Below, in pieces: positions 1-10,349 of a stretch of 43,778 nucleotides of DNA (its first letter is position 1; each line of letters starts with the position of its first letter). The notes under the pieces are model-generated. The model was given only the letters and a program-made list of their open reading frames with translations. It had not been told where the DNA came from and did not search any database. The translations under genes were made by a program, and so were the position numbers. The stretch is from Eledone cirrhosa (lineage: Eukaryota): the NCBI GenBank assembly GCA_964016885.1, contig CAXHJY010000316.1, positions 1 to 43,778 of the forward strand, written 5' to 3'.

Positions 1-782
1 ACTGCAAAAGTTGACAGTTGGTAAAAAAAAGATTTAGCAGCTGTTCAGGTTTGAAATATATAGTTTCAAGCTCTAAATGACCCTAAACCACACACACTAA
101 AATATAAACCCTTAGTTCCAGCTAAGCAGAGCAATAGCTTGTTGTAAGATTTGAACTTTTGACACTGTGAACAGTCATCCAAAACCTTAAACAGTTGTGG
201 GTTATTTATAGCAACCAGGTCAAGCGTTTTATATACAATGCATGCAGCTTGAAAATTATGCTGCATAAATAATAAACTGGCGGCTTTCTATATTTATTAC
301 TTTGTAAACAACTCTGGTTTCTGTCTCTTCGGGTAATTTACCCAATTATCTGTAGAGATTGACCTATTTTCTGAGTTTGGGACTCTCCCATTTTCAAGAT
401 TTCAATGCTTTGATAATTCATAAACTATTTAGTCTTATAAGAGAATATGAGTGAAAGTCTATGGAAAACAAACTGAATTACTGTGCCAAGAAAGAAGATT
501 AAAACTTGACATCCTGTAATAATTTAACAGAAAATATCTAAATATGGGTTTGTTAATTCAAAAGTGTGTAGTATCTTTACTGTTGGACAAACCATTGTGA
601 AAATTTACAGTGAACTAAAGTTTCCTGTATATTTATATGTATACCTCTATGTAGAAGCACCAATACAACATTTTTTAAAAGTAAAAACATTAACTTTCAA
701 TGTGACGCAACCATAGTGGTGTTTTATACTTTTTGAGAATCTCTTGCTAATACAGATTCATATGGTACATTAAGTGTTGATA

Positions 783-1010
783 TTTACCCTTTCGTTTCCA
801 GACCATCCTGGTTCTAATGATGCAAGGATATTTATTTTAAAGTGTTTATAGTTATCTAAAAACTTTTCATCATAATTGTATGCAAGACTAATTAAGTTAA
901 GCTTCAAACACACATTTAATGAGAGAGTTTATAATTACTAAATCCCTCCAAATTCTTTTCAAAATTATATGCAGTATCTTTCATTATAAATATGGCAATG
1001 AAAGAGTTTA
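783..1010. mobile_element. Decayed MITE-like element with TTAACCC-type ends (piggyBac-like termini)
   Basis: Left end TTTACCCTTTCGTTTCCA and right end TATGGCAATGAAAGAGTTTA are imperfect inverted repeats. The same terminus recurs as TTAACCCTTTCGTTACCATATT at 2199 and TTAACCCTCTCATTACCAAATT at 2450. Confidence 0.5.
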
Positions 1011-1502
1011 GTTTGATCTTCCCTTCCTATCTTCCTCTACAACAACAGCTGTGGCAACATCATTTGAATTAATTTCTAGAAATGACTAAATTGTAGGATT
1101 GTGTTTATGTTGTCTTATAACTGCTACTAGAAGGACAACCTCTCAGCATAAACCCTCACTAGTTGTGCGTGTTTGTGCAAAGGCAAAGTCTAGGAACCAA
1201 CTCTAGCAGTAAATCAGGTTGGAAGAAAACTCAACCTTATTCATCTAAAAGAGAGTATGGAAACCACTAGGAATGGTTAGAAGAGTGGGTGAGATTGTCT
1301 GAGTCCTCTGCCTCCCACACAGTCACACACTCACCAGCACCACCAGACCCTCAAATCATGACATGAGATTAATTTATTCATAACTACTATTGCTGTGCTG
1401 TATGTCTGTCACTAGTGGCTGACTATTTTAAGAAACAGTTCAATTCCTCCATAATAGGATTACTTTCAAGTAGATATTCTCTCTCCAAACATTAAACAAT
1501 AT

Positions 1503-1775
1503 GATCATCATCATCACCATAATCAATATCACCATCTCTACCATCCAAACCACCACTAACCAAACCCCCACCACTATTACCACCAACTAAACTATCACCA
1601 AAAACATTCACCACCTAAACTACTACCACAACCATCCAAACCACCACTAACCAAATACCCACTACCATTACCACTAACTAAACTACCACCAAAACCCTCA
1701 CCATCCAAAACAGCACCTAAACTACAACCGCTACCATCTAAACCACCACTACCATTGTCGTCATCATCATCACCA
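1503..1775. repeat. CCA/CAC-rich degenerate minisatellite (about 90-100 bp higher-order unit)
   Basis: CCATCCAAACCACCACTAACCAAA occurs at 1541 and 1632, with a variant at about 1734, in a CAT/CAC triplet background. Confidence 0.75.
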
Positions 1776-1821
1776 TTAATGTAAGACTTTCTTTTGCAGA
1801 GATAAACAGAGAGGATATTAC

Positions 1822-1843
1822 GGGGGGGGGGGGGGGGGGGGGG
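1822..1843. repeat. Poly-G run (22 nt)
   Basis: Directly visible homopolymer. Confidence 0.95.
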
Positions 1844-2198
1844 CTTAAACTAAGTCAATTTATTCATGTCAGTAAAAATAACAAACAAGAGGTAGTTGGA
1901 AATCTAGGGGACTGTGTTGTATTCTCACTCCCTGCTCAATTTTATAGAGTTTATGTCATTAGATTGTAAAATAGCAGTTTAATTGTTGAGGAGTAAGTAG
2001 GATAGCAAGTGTGTGCCTGTTTGTGATAAATGCTGGCACCACCTTCACCCCCATCACCACCAGCCCCACCACTACCTCCTATCTTTCTCTGTCTGTGATC
2101 TGTTTGTAGTCTTTATAGACAATATTTGTGCAGCTGGGATTGTTTCTGCTGGCTAAACTGTCCTTCTCCAAAGCAAGTAGAGACAAGTGCCTCCATAA

Positions 2199-2700
2199 TT
2201 AACCCTTTCGTTACCATATTGCTAATGAAACAATATCATCATCATCACCATTTTCATCATCGTAGCTATTACATCCACTTTTCTATGCTTGCATGGGTTG
2301 GACACTCTCTGTAAAGTTTAAATCTTGAAAATAATCAAGAATTTGGAAGTATATGGTAATATAATTAACTTTCCCACCATTAAGCTGCTGATTGGAGCAT
2401 AAAGCTTCTTACATAAAATTATAATGGGAAGTTTTTAGATAGATATACTTTAACCCTCTCATTACCAAATTTCTAATGAAAGATATATTCTTTCTGTTTC
2501 AACATATATATTTCTGCATATAAAAGTATACACATGAGTGTGTGTTCGTGAAACATATACACACACAAGGTCTGAACACAAAAGAATTAAACTCCCACTG
2601 TCACTGACTCCCTCTCTCCCACATTTTAGATAATTTTGAAATTAATCAAGAGTTTAGAGGCTTTTATTCTAATATAACTTTGATTTTTGGAGCAATAAAC
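2199..2700. mobile_element. Two further adjacent decayed copies of the TTAACCC-terminated MITE-like repeat
   Basis: Termini at 2199 and 2450, each followed by similar internal sequence (TTGAAA.TAATCAAGA.TTT ... TTGGAGCA.TAAA). Confidence 0.45.
2235..2303 (-). mobile_element. Decayed RTE-type 3' tail (LINE or SINE relic)
   Basis: (ATC)n followed by ACATCCACTTTTCTATGCTTGCATGGGTTGGAC matches the young RTE tail at 5692-5745 (ACGTCCGTGTTCCACGCTTGCATGGGTTTGGAC), with CpG decay. Confidence 0.7.
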
Positions 2701-2773
2701 AGTTTGTATTGTAGAACCAGGTACCGTTTCAAGCAGTTTCCAATCAAAAGAGATTTAAAATATTCATTTATGA

Positions 2774-2930
2774 TGGCTGGATGGTTAGGAAGTCTGCTTT
2801 GCAACTATGTGATTTCAAGTTCAAGTTTGATCTCACTGTGTAGGACCTTGGTTAATTACCTTCTATGATAGTCAGATGTCTTGTGAATGAAATTTGGTGG
2901 ACAGAAACAGAACAGAAAGCCCATTGTACA
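2774..2930 (+). mobile_element. Decayed tRNA-derived SINE
   Basis: A-box-like TGGCTGGATGG and B-box-like GTTCAAG head. The body TTGTGAATGAAATTTGGTGGACAGAAAC...AAGCCC resembles cephalopod SINEs as I recall them; not verified. Confidence 0.45.
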
Positions 2931-3068
2931 TGTGCATGAGTGTATGCACACATATGTCAAAAATGCACATATCTTTACAATAGTCTTGTTTGAGTAATGT
3001 TTGAGCTAGTTCAAACATTATATTCCACAGCTTTACAGTCCCACATTATTATAACGTAATCTATAGAA

Positions 3069-3129
3069 TGGTGTCAGGAATGGTGTCCAGGTGTAAAATA
3101 CTGTCTCAAAACAATGTTCATCTAACCCA
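3069..3129 (+). mobile_element. Decayed RTE 3'-UTR relic
   Basis: TGGTGTCAGGAATGGTGTCCAGGTGTAAAA aligns to TGGTGTTAGGAAGGGCATCCAGCTGTAGAA at 35901. It ends in CATCTAACCCA, like CGTCTAACCCA at 36003. Confidence 0.55.
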
Positions 3130-3215
3130 GGGGTAGGGTTCTCTTTCAGTTATGACTAACCATGAGTTAGTCATAACTTTTGTGGAAGATCAGCAGTCAC
3201 CCATGCAAATTAGTT

Positions 3216-3341
3216 GGAGGTTTGTGGCTTAGTGGTTAGGTTTTCTAGCTTGCAATTCTAAGGTTATGAATTCAATTCCCATCTGTGCATTTGTCTTTGA
3301 TCAAGACATTTCTATTGCTTTAGTCTACTCAAGATGGCAAA
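3216..3341 (+). mobile_element. Decayed tRNA-derived SINE head
   Basis: Pol III A box TGGCTTAGTGG at 3225-3235 and degenerate B box ATTCAATTCC at about 3270-3279, at tRNA-like spacing. Confidence 0.55.
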
Positions 3342-3839
3342 CATTTGAAAATTTTGATCTTAAAAAAAAAAAAATTAAAACCCTAGTTTGTTGAAATTGT
3401 CATAATATATCCAATAGTAGAAGTACAAGTAGTAGTGGTAGTGGTTGTGGTGGTAGTAGTAGTAAGCTAATCTGTTTGTGGAAAAAAAACTCATTTAAAC
3501 AATAAGAGTATTAAAAACCAAAAAGAAAGAGATTTGTATTTAACTGGGTCAATGAAGAAAGAAAACAAGAAAGAACTATTATTTACTATGTAATAATAAT
3601 AACAATAATAATAATAATAATTCTCCGGCACTTTGAAAAGTATAAAAACTGCTTAAAGGTTGTAGTTTTAGAAAATAAGAAAATTAAAAAAAATTATATA
3701 AGCAAATGCACGCACGCACACGCACACGCACACGCACACACACACAACACACATCTTTAAAATGTAACACCCATGTAAACTGAATTTGTCGGTTTGAATT
3801 CCATTTTTTGTGGAATTACCAAGAACGGAAATAATAAAA

Positions 3840-4795
3840 GGTGTGGTGGTGTGGTGTAGTGTAGTGTAGTAGTACAGTGGAGCTGTGGTGGCATAGTGAT
3901 GTGATGTAGTGGTATGGTATAGTGTGGTGTGGTGTGGTGGTATGGTGTGGTGTCATGGTGTTGTGGTGGTGTTGTGGTGGTGTAGTGCAATGAAATCGAA
4001 TAGTGTTGTGGTGGTGCAGTAGAATGGTTGTATGGTGTGGTGTGGTGGTATTGTGTAGTGTGGTGGTGTGGTGTAGTGTGGTGTGGTGGTATTGTGTAGT
4101 GTGATGGTGTGGTGTAGTGTGGTGTGGTGGTATGATGTAGTGTGGTGGTATGGTGTAGTGTGGTGGTATGATGTAGTGTGGTGGTATGGTGTGGTGTGGT
4201 GGTATGGTGTGGTGTGGTGGTATGGTGTAGTGTGGTGGTATGGTGTAGTGTGGTGGTATGGTGTGGTATGGTGTAGTGTAGTGGTGTTATGGTGATATAG
4301 TGGTGTGATGCGGTGTGGTGTCGTGGTATGGTGTAGTGTTGTGGTGTAGTAGAATGGTTGTATGGTGTAGTGTGGTGTGGTGTGGTGGTATGGTGTAGTG
4401 TGGTGATATGGTGTAGTGTGGTGGTATGGTGTAGTGTGGTGGTATGGTGTAGTGTGGTGATATGGTGTAGTGTGGTGATATGGTGTAGTGTGGTGGTATG
4501 GTGTAGTGTGGTGGTATGGTGTAGTGTGGTGGTATGGTGTGGTATGATGTGGTGGTATGGTGTAGTGGTGTTATGGTGATATAGTGGTGTGATGCGGTGT
4601 GGTGTCGTGGTATGGTGGTATAGTGGTGTGATGTGGTGTGGTGTCGTGGTATGGTGTAGTGTAGTGGTGTGGTGTCGTGGTATGGTGTAGTGTAGTGGTG
4701 TGGTGTCGTGGTATGGTGTAGTGTAGTGGTGTGATGTGGTGTGGTGTCGTGGTATGGTGTAGTGTAGTGGTGTTATGGTGTGGTGTGATGTAGTG
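3840..4795. repeat. GT-rich minisatellite (about 18-nt unit TGGTGTAGTGTGGTGGTA and variants)
   Basis: Directly visible tandem units. They produce the spurious W/V/C and H/T-rich ORFs. Confidence 0.9.
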
Positions 4796-5161
4796 GAATG
4801 AAAGCCAATGGTGTGATGTTAACATTATGCTAATGTCAGCATGTATATAGAAAGACAAACCACAATGAAAAAAGAAAACAAATAACTTATATAATAAAAC
4901 AGATAAATTAATACAAACATAATAAAAACTGGATTGACAACAATGAAGATAAATTACGAAATAAAATATAATGTACAATTTTACCATGTGTGTGTGTGCG
5001 GGCCTGTGTGTGTGTGTGGGAGCTTGTCTGTGTGAGACACCACAACAGAAACACAAACCCTCCATCTCAATTTTACTTTTGATAATCATAAGAACTGTGT
5101 AACTGGTAAAGTAAATAAATATTCTTAAAAGACTCCAGTTGCATTTTCAATTTCTTTTCCT

Positions 5162-5192
<31 letters not shown>

Positions 5193-5265
5193 GTGTATAT
5201 ATATATATATATATATGTATAATACAGTATATATATATATGTATATGTATAATACAGTATTTATG

Positions 5266-5328
<63 letters not shown>

Positions 5329-5415
5329 AATACAGTATTTATGTATATATACATATATATATCTATATATATATATATGTATAATACAGTATTTATGTAT
5401 ATATATATATATATA
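5162..5415. repeat. (TA)n microsatellite with recurring AATACAGTAT(TTATG) interruption
   Basis: The motif occurs four times in 5220-5400 and again at about 5644. Confidence 0.9.
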
Positions 5416-5654
5416 GTAGAATAATCGAGTATCGAAAAATCGGCGCACGAGTTCACGATAAACAAAATTCGAGATGAGCGGCAGAGGGCTCTATAATTCA
5501 AATAAATTAGAGCTATAACTATCGTTAAAATACCGTCACACGTAGAATATGTCTACAATCAACCAAATAACCGAAAAGTTCGACATGGAAGATTCGGGAC
5601 ACTCAGATAAATTATCAATAAATCAATAAATATATATATATATAATACAGTATT

Positions 5655-5691
<37 letters not shown>

Positions 5692-5695
<4 letters not shown>

Positions 5696-8600
5696 TCATC
5701 ATCAACGTTTAACGTCCGTGTTCCACGCTTGCATGGGTTTGGACGGGGGTATTCCCACTTGAGGCAAGAGTGATTGTCTTGCTCGCATAGGACTGTCTGG
5801 CAGGTTTTCTACAGTTGGATACCCTTCCTAACACCAACCACATTTACAGTGTGGGACTGGGAGGTTTTTACCGTGTTGCCTACACGGCCACATTACAGCG
5901 TCGACTGTGTGTTTTTTTTGTCGTGACACCTACACGATCTCATTTGTTTCGGCCTGGATGTTGTGGCACCAACATAACTTTACATATGAGGGGTTGGTGT
6001 GGATGGGGTGTGGGTAGTGGGACCGGGGGGGGGGGGGGGGTAGTAGGACGGGGATTTTGTTAGAGATGCCTACTGGCTGTAGTAGGTTTTACTATGTATT
6101 TAGGTAAGGCAGGTCTTCTCTATTACTGAGTACCGCCAAAGGTCTCGGTCCAGTGACATTGTCTTGGAGAGGTGTAAGTGTGTGAGGTCGGAGTTTATCA
6201 GCTCGTCCCAGGATTTTCTAGGTCTGCCTATTCCGTGGCTACCGTCTATCTTTATTGCCCTGCACTTTGTTATACAGCTATCGACTTTCATGCGCATCAC
6301 GTGTCCATACCAACGTAGCCTTCTCTCGAGTAAACAACATCTGATCCCTCTTATTTCTAATTTTTTCCTTAGTTCGTTTATGCTTTGCCGTTCACGTATA
6401 TTACTATTGCACATCCAGCGGAGCATGCAAGCTTCGTTCCTCTCTAGTCTGCGTATATCCTCTGCACACAATGCCCAGGTCTCACTGCCATGCAACATTG
6501 CTGTTCGTATGTAGGCATTGTACAACCTGCCTTTCATTTTTAGGGAGAACCCTTTAGCAGCTAATAGTGGTATAAGCTCTCTGAACTTTTTCCAACCAGT
6601 TCTGACTCTAGCTACTGTACTTTCAGAGCACCCTCCCCCACTGCTGATTTTATCACCCAGGTAACGGAAACTGTCCACTATTTCTATAGAACCCTCTGCG
6701 CAATTGAAAGAGCTAGTATTTTGTGGGCACTTGCTGCTACTTATTGCACCAGAGCACCGGCCACATGTAAAATCTATGTTCTTAGTTAGCTTACCTGTGA
6801 TCCCACTACATCTTTTATGCACCCATACTTTGCATAGGACATAAATGGAGTTTCTACCTACGCCTTTCCTACACACCGAGCACGACCATTTCCCAGAAGG
6901 GACCGCCGCCTCATTTTCTTTCCTACAAACTAGAACTTTAGTCTTAGCCAGGTTAATTTTAAGGCCTTTTGATTCTAGGCCGTGCTTCCATGTTTGGAAT
7001 TTCTTCTCTAGCTCGGCCATTGATTCCGCTATGAGTGTCAGGTCGTCTGCGTATAGGAGTTCCCATGGGCAGCCGGTCTTGAACTCCTCTGTTATAGCCT
7101 GAAGGGCAATAATAAATAGTAGGGGGCTGAGAACAGAGCCCTGATGGACGCCAACTTTTACGCTAAACTCTTCACTATATTCGTTGTTAATTCTAACCTT
7201 GCTGACTGTTTCTTTATACATGGCTTGTATAGCTCTCACAAGCCATTCGTCAACGCCTAGTTTTCTAAGAGCCCACCAGATAATGGAGCGGGGGACTCTG
7301 TCGAAGGCTTTCTCCAAGTCGACAAAAGCTAAGTAGAGGGGTTTACCTTTAGCTAGGTACTTCTCCTGTAGTTGTCGTACAATGAAAAGAGCGTCTGTGG
7401 TACTTTTGCCTGACACAAACCCGAACTGCATTTCATCTAGGTCAATTCTCTCTCTGATTAGTTGTGCTATTACTTTTTCCGTGACCTTCATGACCTGGTC
7501 GATTAATTTAATGCCTCTATAGTTACTCCTATCTAGGGCGTCTCCTTTACCCTTATAACAGTTAACGATGATGCTGCTATGCCAGTCCTTCGGAACAACC
7601 CCATTCTGTACGACTTGGTTAACTATGCGGGTGACCATGGTGTGTCCCACCGTGCCAGATGCCTTCAGCATCTCAGCAACTATTTCCGAAGGCCCAGCCG
7701 CCTTACCCGTCTTCATATCCTTGATTGCCTTACTTATTATACTCCCCTCGACTAACACTGCTGGTCCCTCTATTGGGTCGATATGGGGGAGACTGTCTTT
7801 CTCCCATTTATTCTCCTCATTTAGTAGCCTTTCATAGTGACACTTCCAAGCTACCTTCTTATCAGCGTCGGTGATGGCAAGTGTGCCATCATCGTTTAGT
7901 ACACACTTCTCCCCGACAATATCACGGTTTTCCTTGACGCATTGCCTAGCAATCCTGAACACCTCACGTTTTTGGTCATCGCGTTGTAGAACATGCTTGA
8001 ACTTTCTTTCCTCAGCTTCCCTTCTTGCTAAGTACACTTGTCTCCTAGCTTCCCTCCTGGCCACTTGATAGTCTTCTCTACTTCCCCCATCCCGCCATAC
8101 TTTCCAAGCCTGCTTTTTGGCCTTAATTGACCCCTCCACCTTACTGTTCCACCACCATGTTACTCTCCTCCTGCCTACAGGCCTGCTCCAGCCACAGACT
8201 TCGTCTGTCGCCAACAGCAGGTTTGCTTTCAGAAATTCCTACTCTCCCTCTATATTGTCCGACTCTAAATGTTCTTCCTTACTGTCGAAAGCATCAAGTA
8301 ATATGCTTTGAAATTTATTCCTGGCTGTGGGGTCCTTTAGCTTCCATATTTTTCTCCTGAGGATAGTCCTCTTCTGCTGTCGAGTACGTCTCGTCCTGAC
8401 TATGAGGTCGCTAATTATCAGTCTATGTTGGGAGGTGCATTCTTCATGGGGGAGGGATTTAGTGTTTACAACAGACACTCTGTCACGTCTTCTGGTAAGG
8501 ATATAATCTACCTGGCTTGTGTGTTCCCCGGATCTATAGGTGATCAGGTGATTGTCACGTTTTTTGAAGTTAGTGTTACAGATAGTTAGGTTATTTGCAT

Positions 8601-9637
8601 CACAGAATTCCAGGATTCTGGAGCCTTCCTCATTTCTAGTACCAAACCCATAGCCTCCATGGATTTCATCGTAGCCGTCACAATGTTGTCCAACGTGACC
8701 ATTTAGGTCGCCTGCAATAATTATATAGTCACTGTCGGATATTTGGGAGGTAGTTAGCATCAGTGTCTCATAGAATCTGTCTTTTATAGTGCCGGGCAGT
8801 CCGGATTGGGGTGCGTACGCAGATATTACTGTCACCGTAGTTCTATTGAGGACAAGTCGTATTTTAATTATTCTGTCGTTCACTCTATTTACGTCTATTA
8901 TCTTATCTGCCCACTTTTCTGCTACCATGATTCCTACTCCACCCAGCCCATCGTCGTTTCCCACCCAGAAAAGCTTATAACATCGTTTTTTACCCTCAAT
9001 GAATCTAGCAGACCCACCCCTCCACCTGGTCTCTTGAATACAACAAACATCGACCTCCTTACGTTCAAGCATTTCTACAACCTCGTTAGCGCGACCCTTT
9101 AGGGTGCCTACATTTATGGTACCAACTCTGAAGTTTTGGATTGCGTTTGGGGGTTGGGGGGCGATGGGGTTATGTTAGCCGTCCGCGGTCGAAACAATGA
9201 GGAGTGCTCGCATTCTCGCCCACGAGGTGAATTTGTCTTTATCTTTATCTTTGGCATTGTCGCTGAGCGTCCAGATTTTTCTCTCTCTCCTCCACTCTCC
9301 AGGATTCCGCAGTCCATCCATCCATCATATATCGAAAGGCAACCAGGCAAGCGATAGTATAGGCCTCTGGCTTATGATTGGTCCGCGTAATAATAATACT
9401 GGTGATGCGTGGGGGCTCTGGCTTATGATTGATCCACGTAATAGCAAGGGTGGATGGGTGGCGGGTAGCTAGATAGGAGGTAATGATTGAATGGGGTCCT
9501 TGCATTTAACAAGCGATTAACAAAAATACAAAATTTGTTCTGTTCAATACGACAAAAACTTTCGTATCTAACAATTAATGATACAAAAAATGTAGATTGT
9601 TTTAGCAATAGATTGGCTATTTGGACTTGATACAAAA
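5692..9637 (-). mobile_element. RTE-clade non-LTR retrotransposon, family A, near full-length copy 1
   Basis: (GAT)n tail at 5692-5703, about 400-bp 3' UTR, APE-RT ORF and a 5' UTR ending at (TA)n. The 3' 1.2 kb is nearly identical to 36080-37303. Confidence 0.95.
6100..9350 (-). pseudogene. APE endonuclease - reverse transcriptase ORF (RTE family A), disrupted
   Basis: EN motifs GTINVGTL, CCIQETRW, AYAPQ, AGDLNGH, SQHRL and RT motifs YRGIKL, FVDLEKAFDRV, GVHQGSVLSP, YADD. In-frame TAG at 8239-8241 where family C has Trp, a probable frameshift near 9150 in a G/C run, and a damaged PHD Cys. Confidence 0.9.
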
Positions 9638-10000
<363 letters not shown>

Positions 10001-10192
10001 TGCCGTTTTTCCCTGCGAGACAGATTGTGTTTAGACCGGGATTGTCCCTTTACCCATCTCCCGGGGACCCGTCGGATAAATGAAAATAAAATTAAAAATA
10101 AAAGCAAAAACAAAAACCATAACCTACATAAAAATAACACTACCACAGTCACCAACAGTCTTCTAAACAGGAAACTTCTTCCTCTTTTTTAG
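10001..10192 (+). pseudogene. ORF1 C-terminal remnant with CCCH zinc finger
   Basis: [23 protein letters not shown] (C-X8-C-X4-C-X3-H) directly upstream of the ORF2 endonuclease. Confidence 0.55.
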
Positions 10193-10349
10193 CCATAATG
10201 AATCTGGCAAAAGAACTGGAAAAAAACATTCGAGCTATCACCCAGCACCACCCTCCACTATCACCCCACTGCACAAACTCCCATTGCTGCCATTAACAAA
10301 CAAACAAATTAACAACACACCAAAACAATTAAAACCATCCACTCTCGCC

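Noticed and set aside
66-266. 66-aa ORF and other short ORFs in 1-3000 as host exons
   Set aside because: No recognisable domain or reliable splice structure; several overlap decayed repeats.
3216-3290. tRNA gene
   Set aside because: A and B boxes are present, but there is no cloverleaf or terminator; better explained as a SINE head.
3757-5089. W/V/C-rich and H/T-rich ORFs
   Set aside because: Translations of the GT-rich minisatellite.
8239-8241. Three TGG>TAG nonsense changes (8239, 22197, 39994) as a deaminase editing signature
   Set aside because: Only three events, Trp>stop is a common transition, and no clustered G>A excess is evident by eye.
6164-9102. Antisense ORFs over the LINE coding regions (also 25286-27716 and 33082-36868)
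   Set aside because: Shadow frames of the RT ORFs; their similarity to each other follows from sense-strand conservation.
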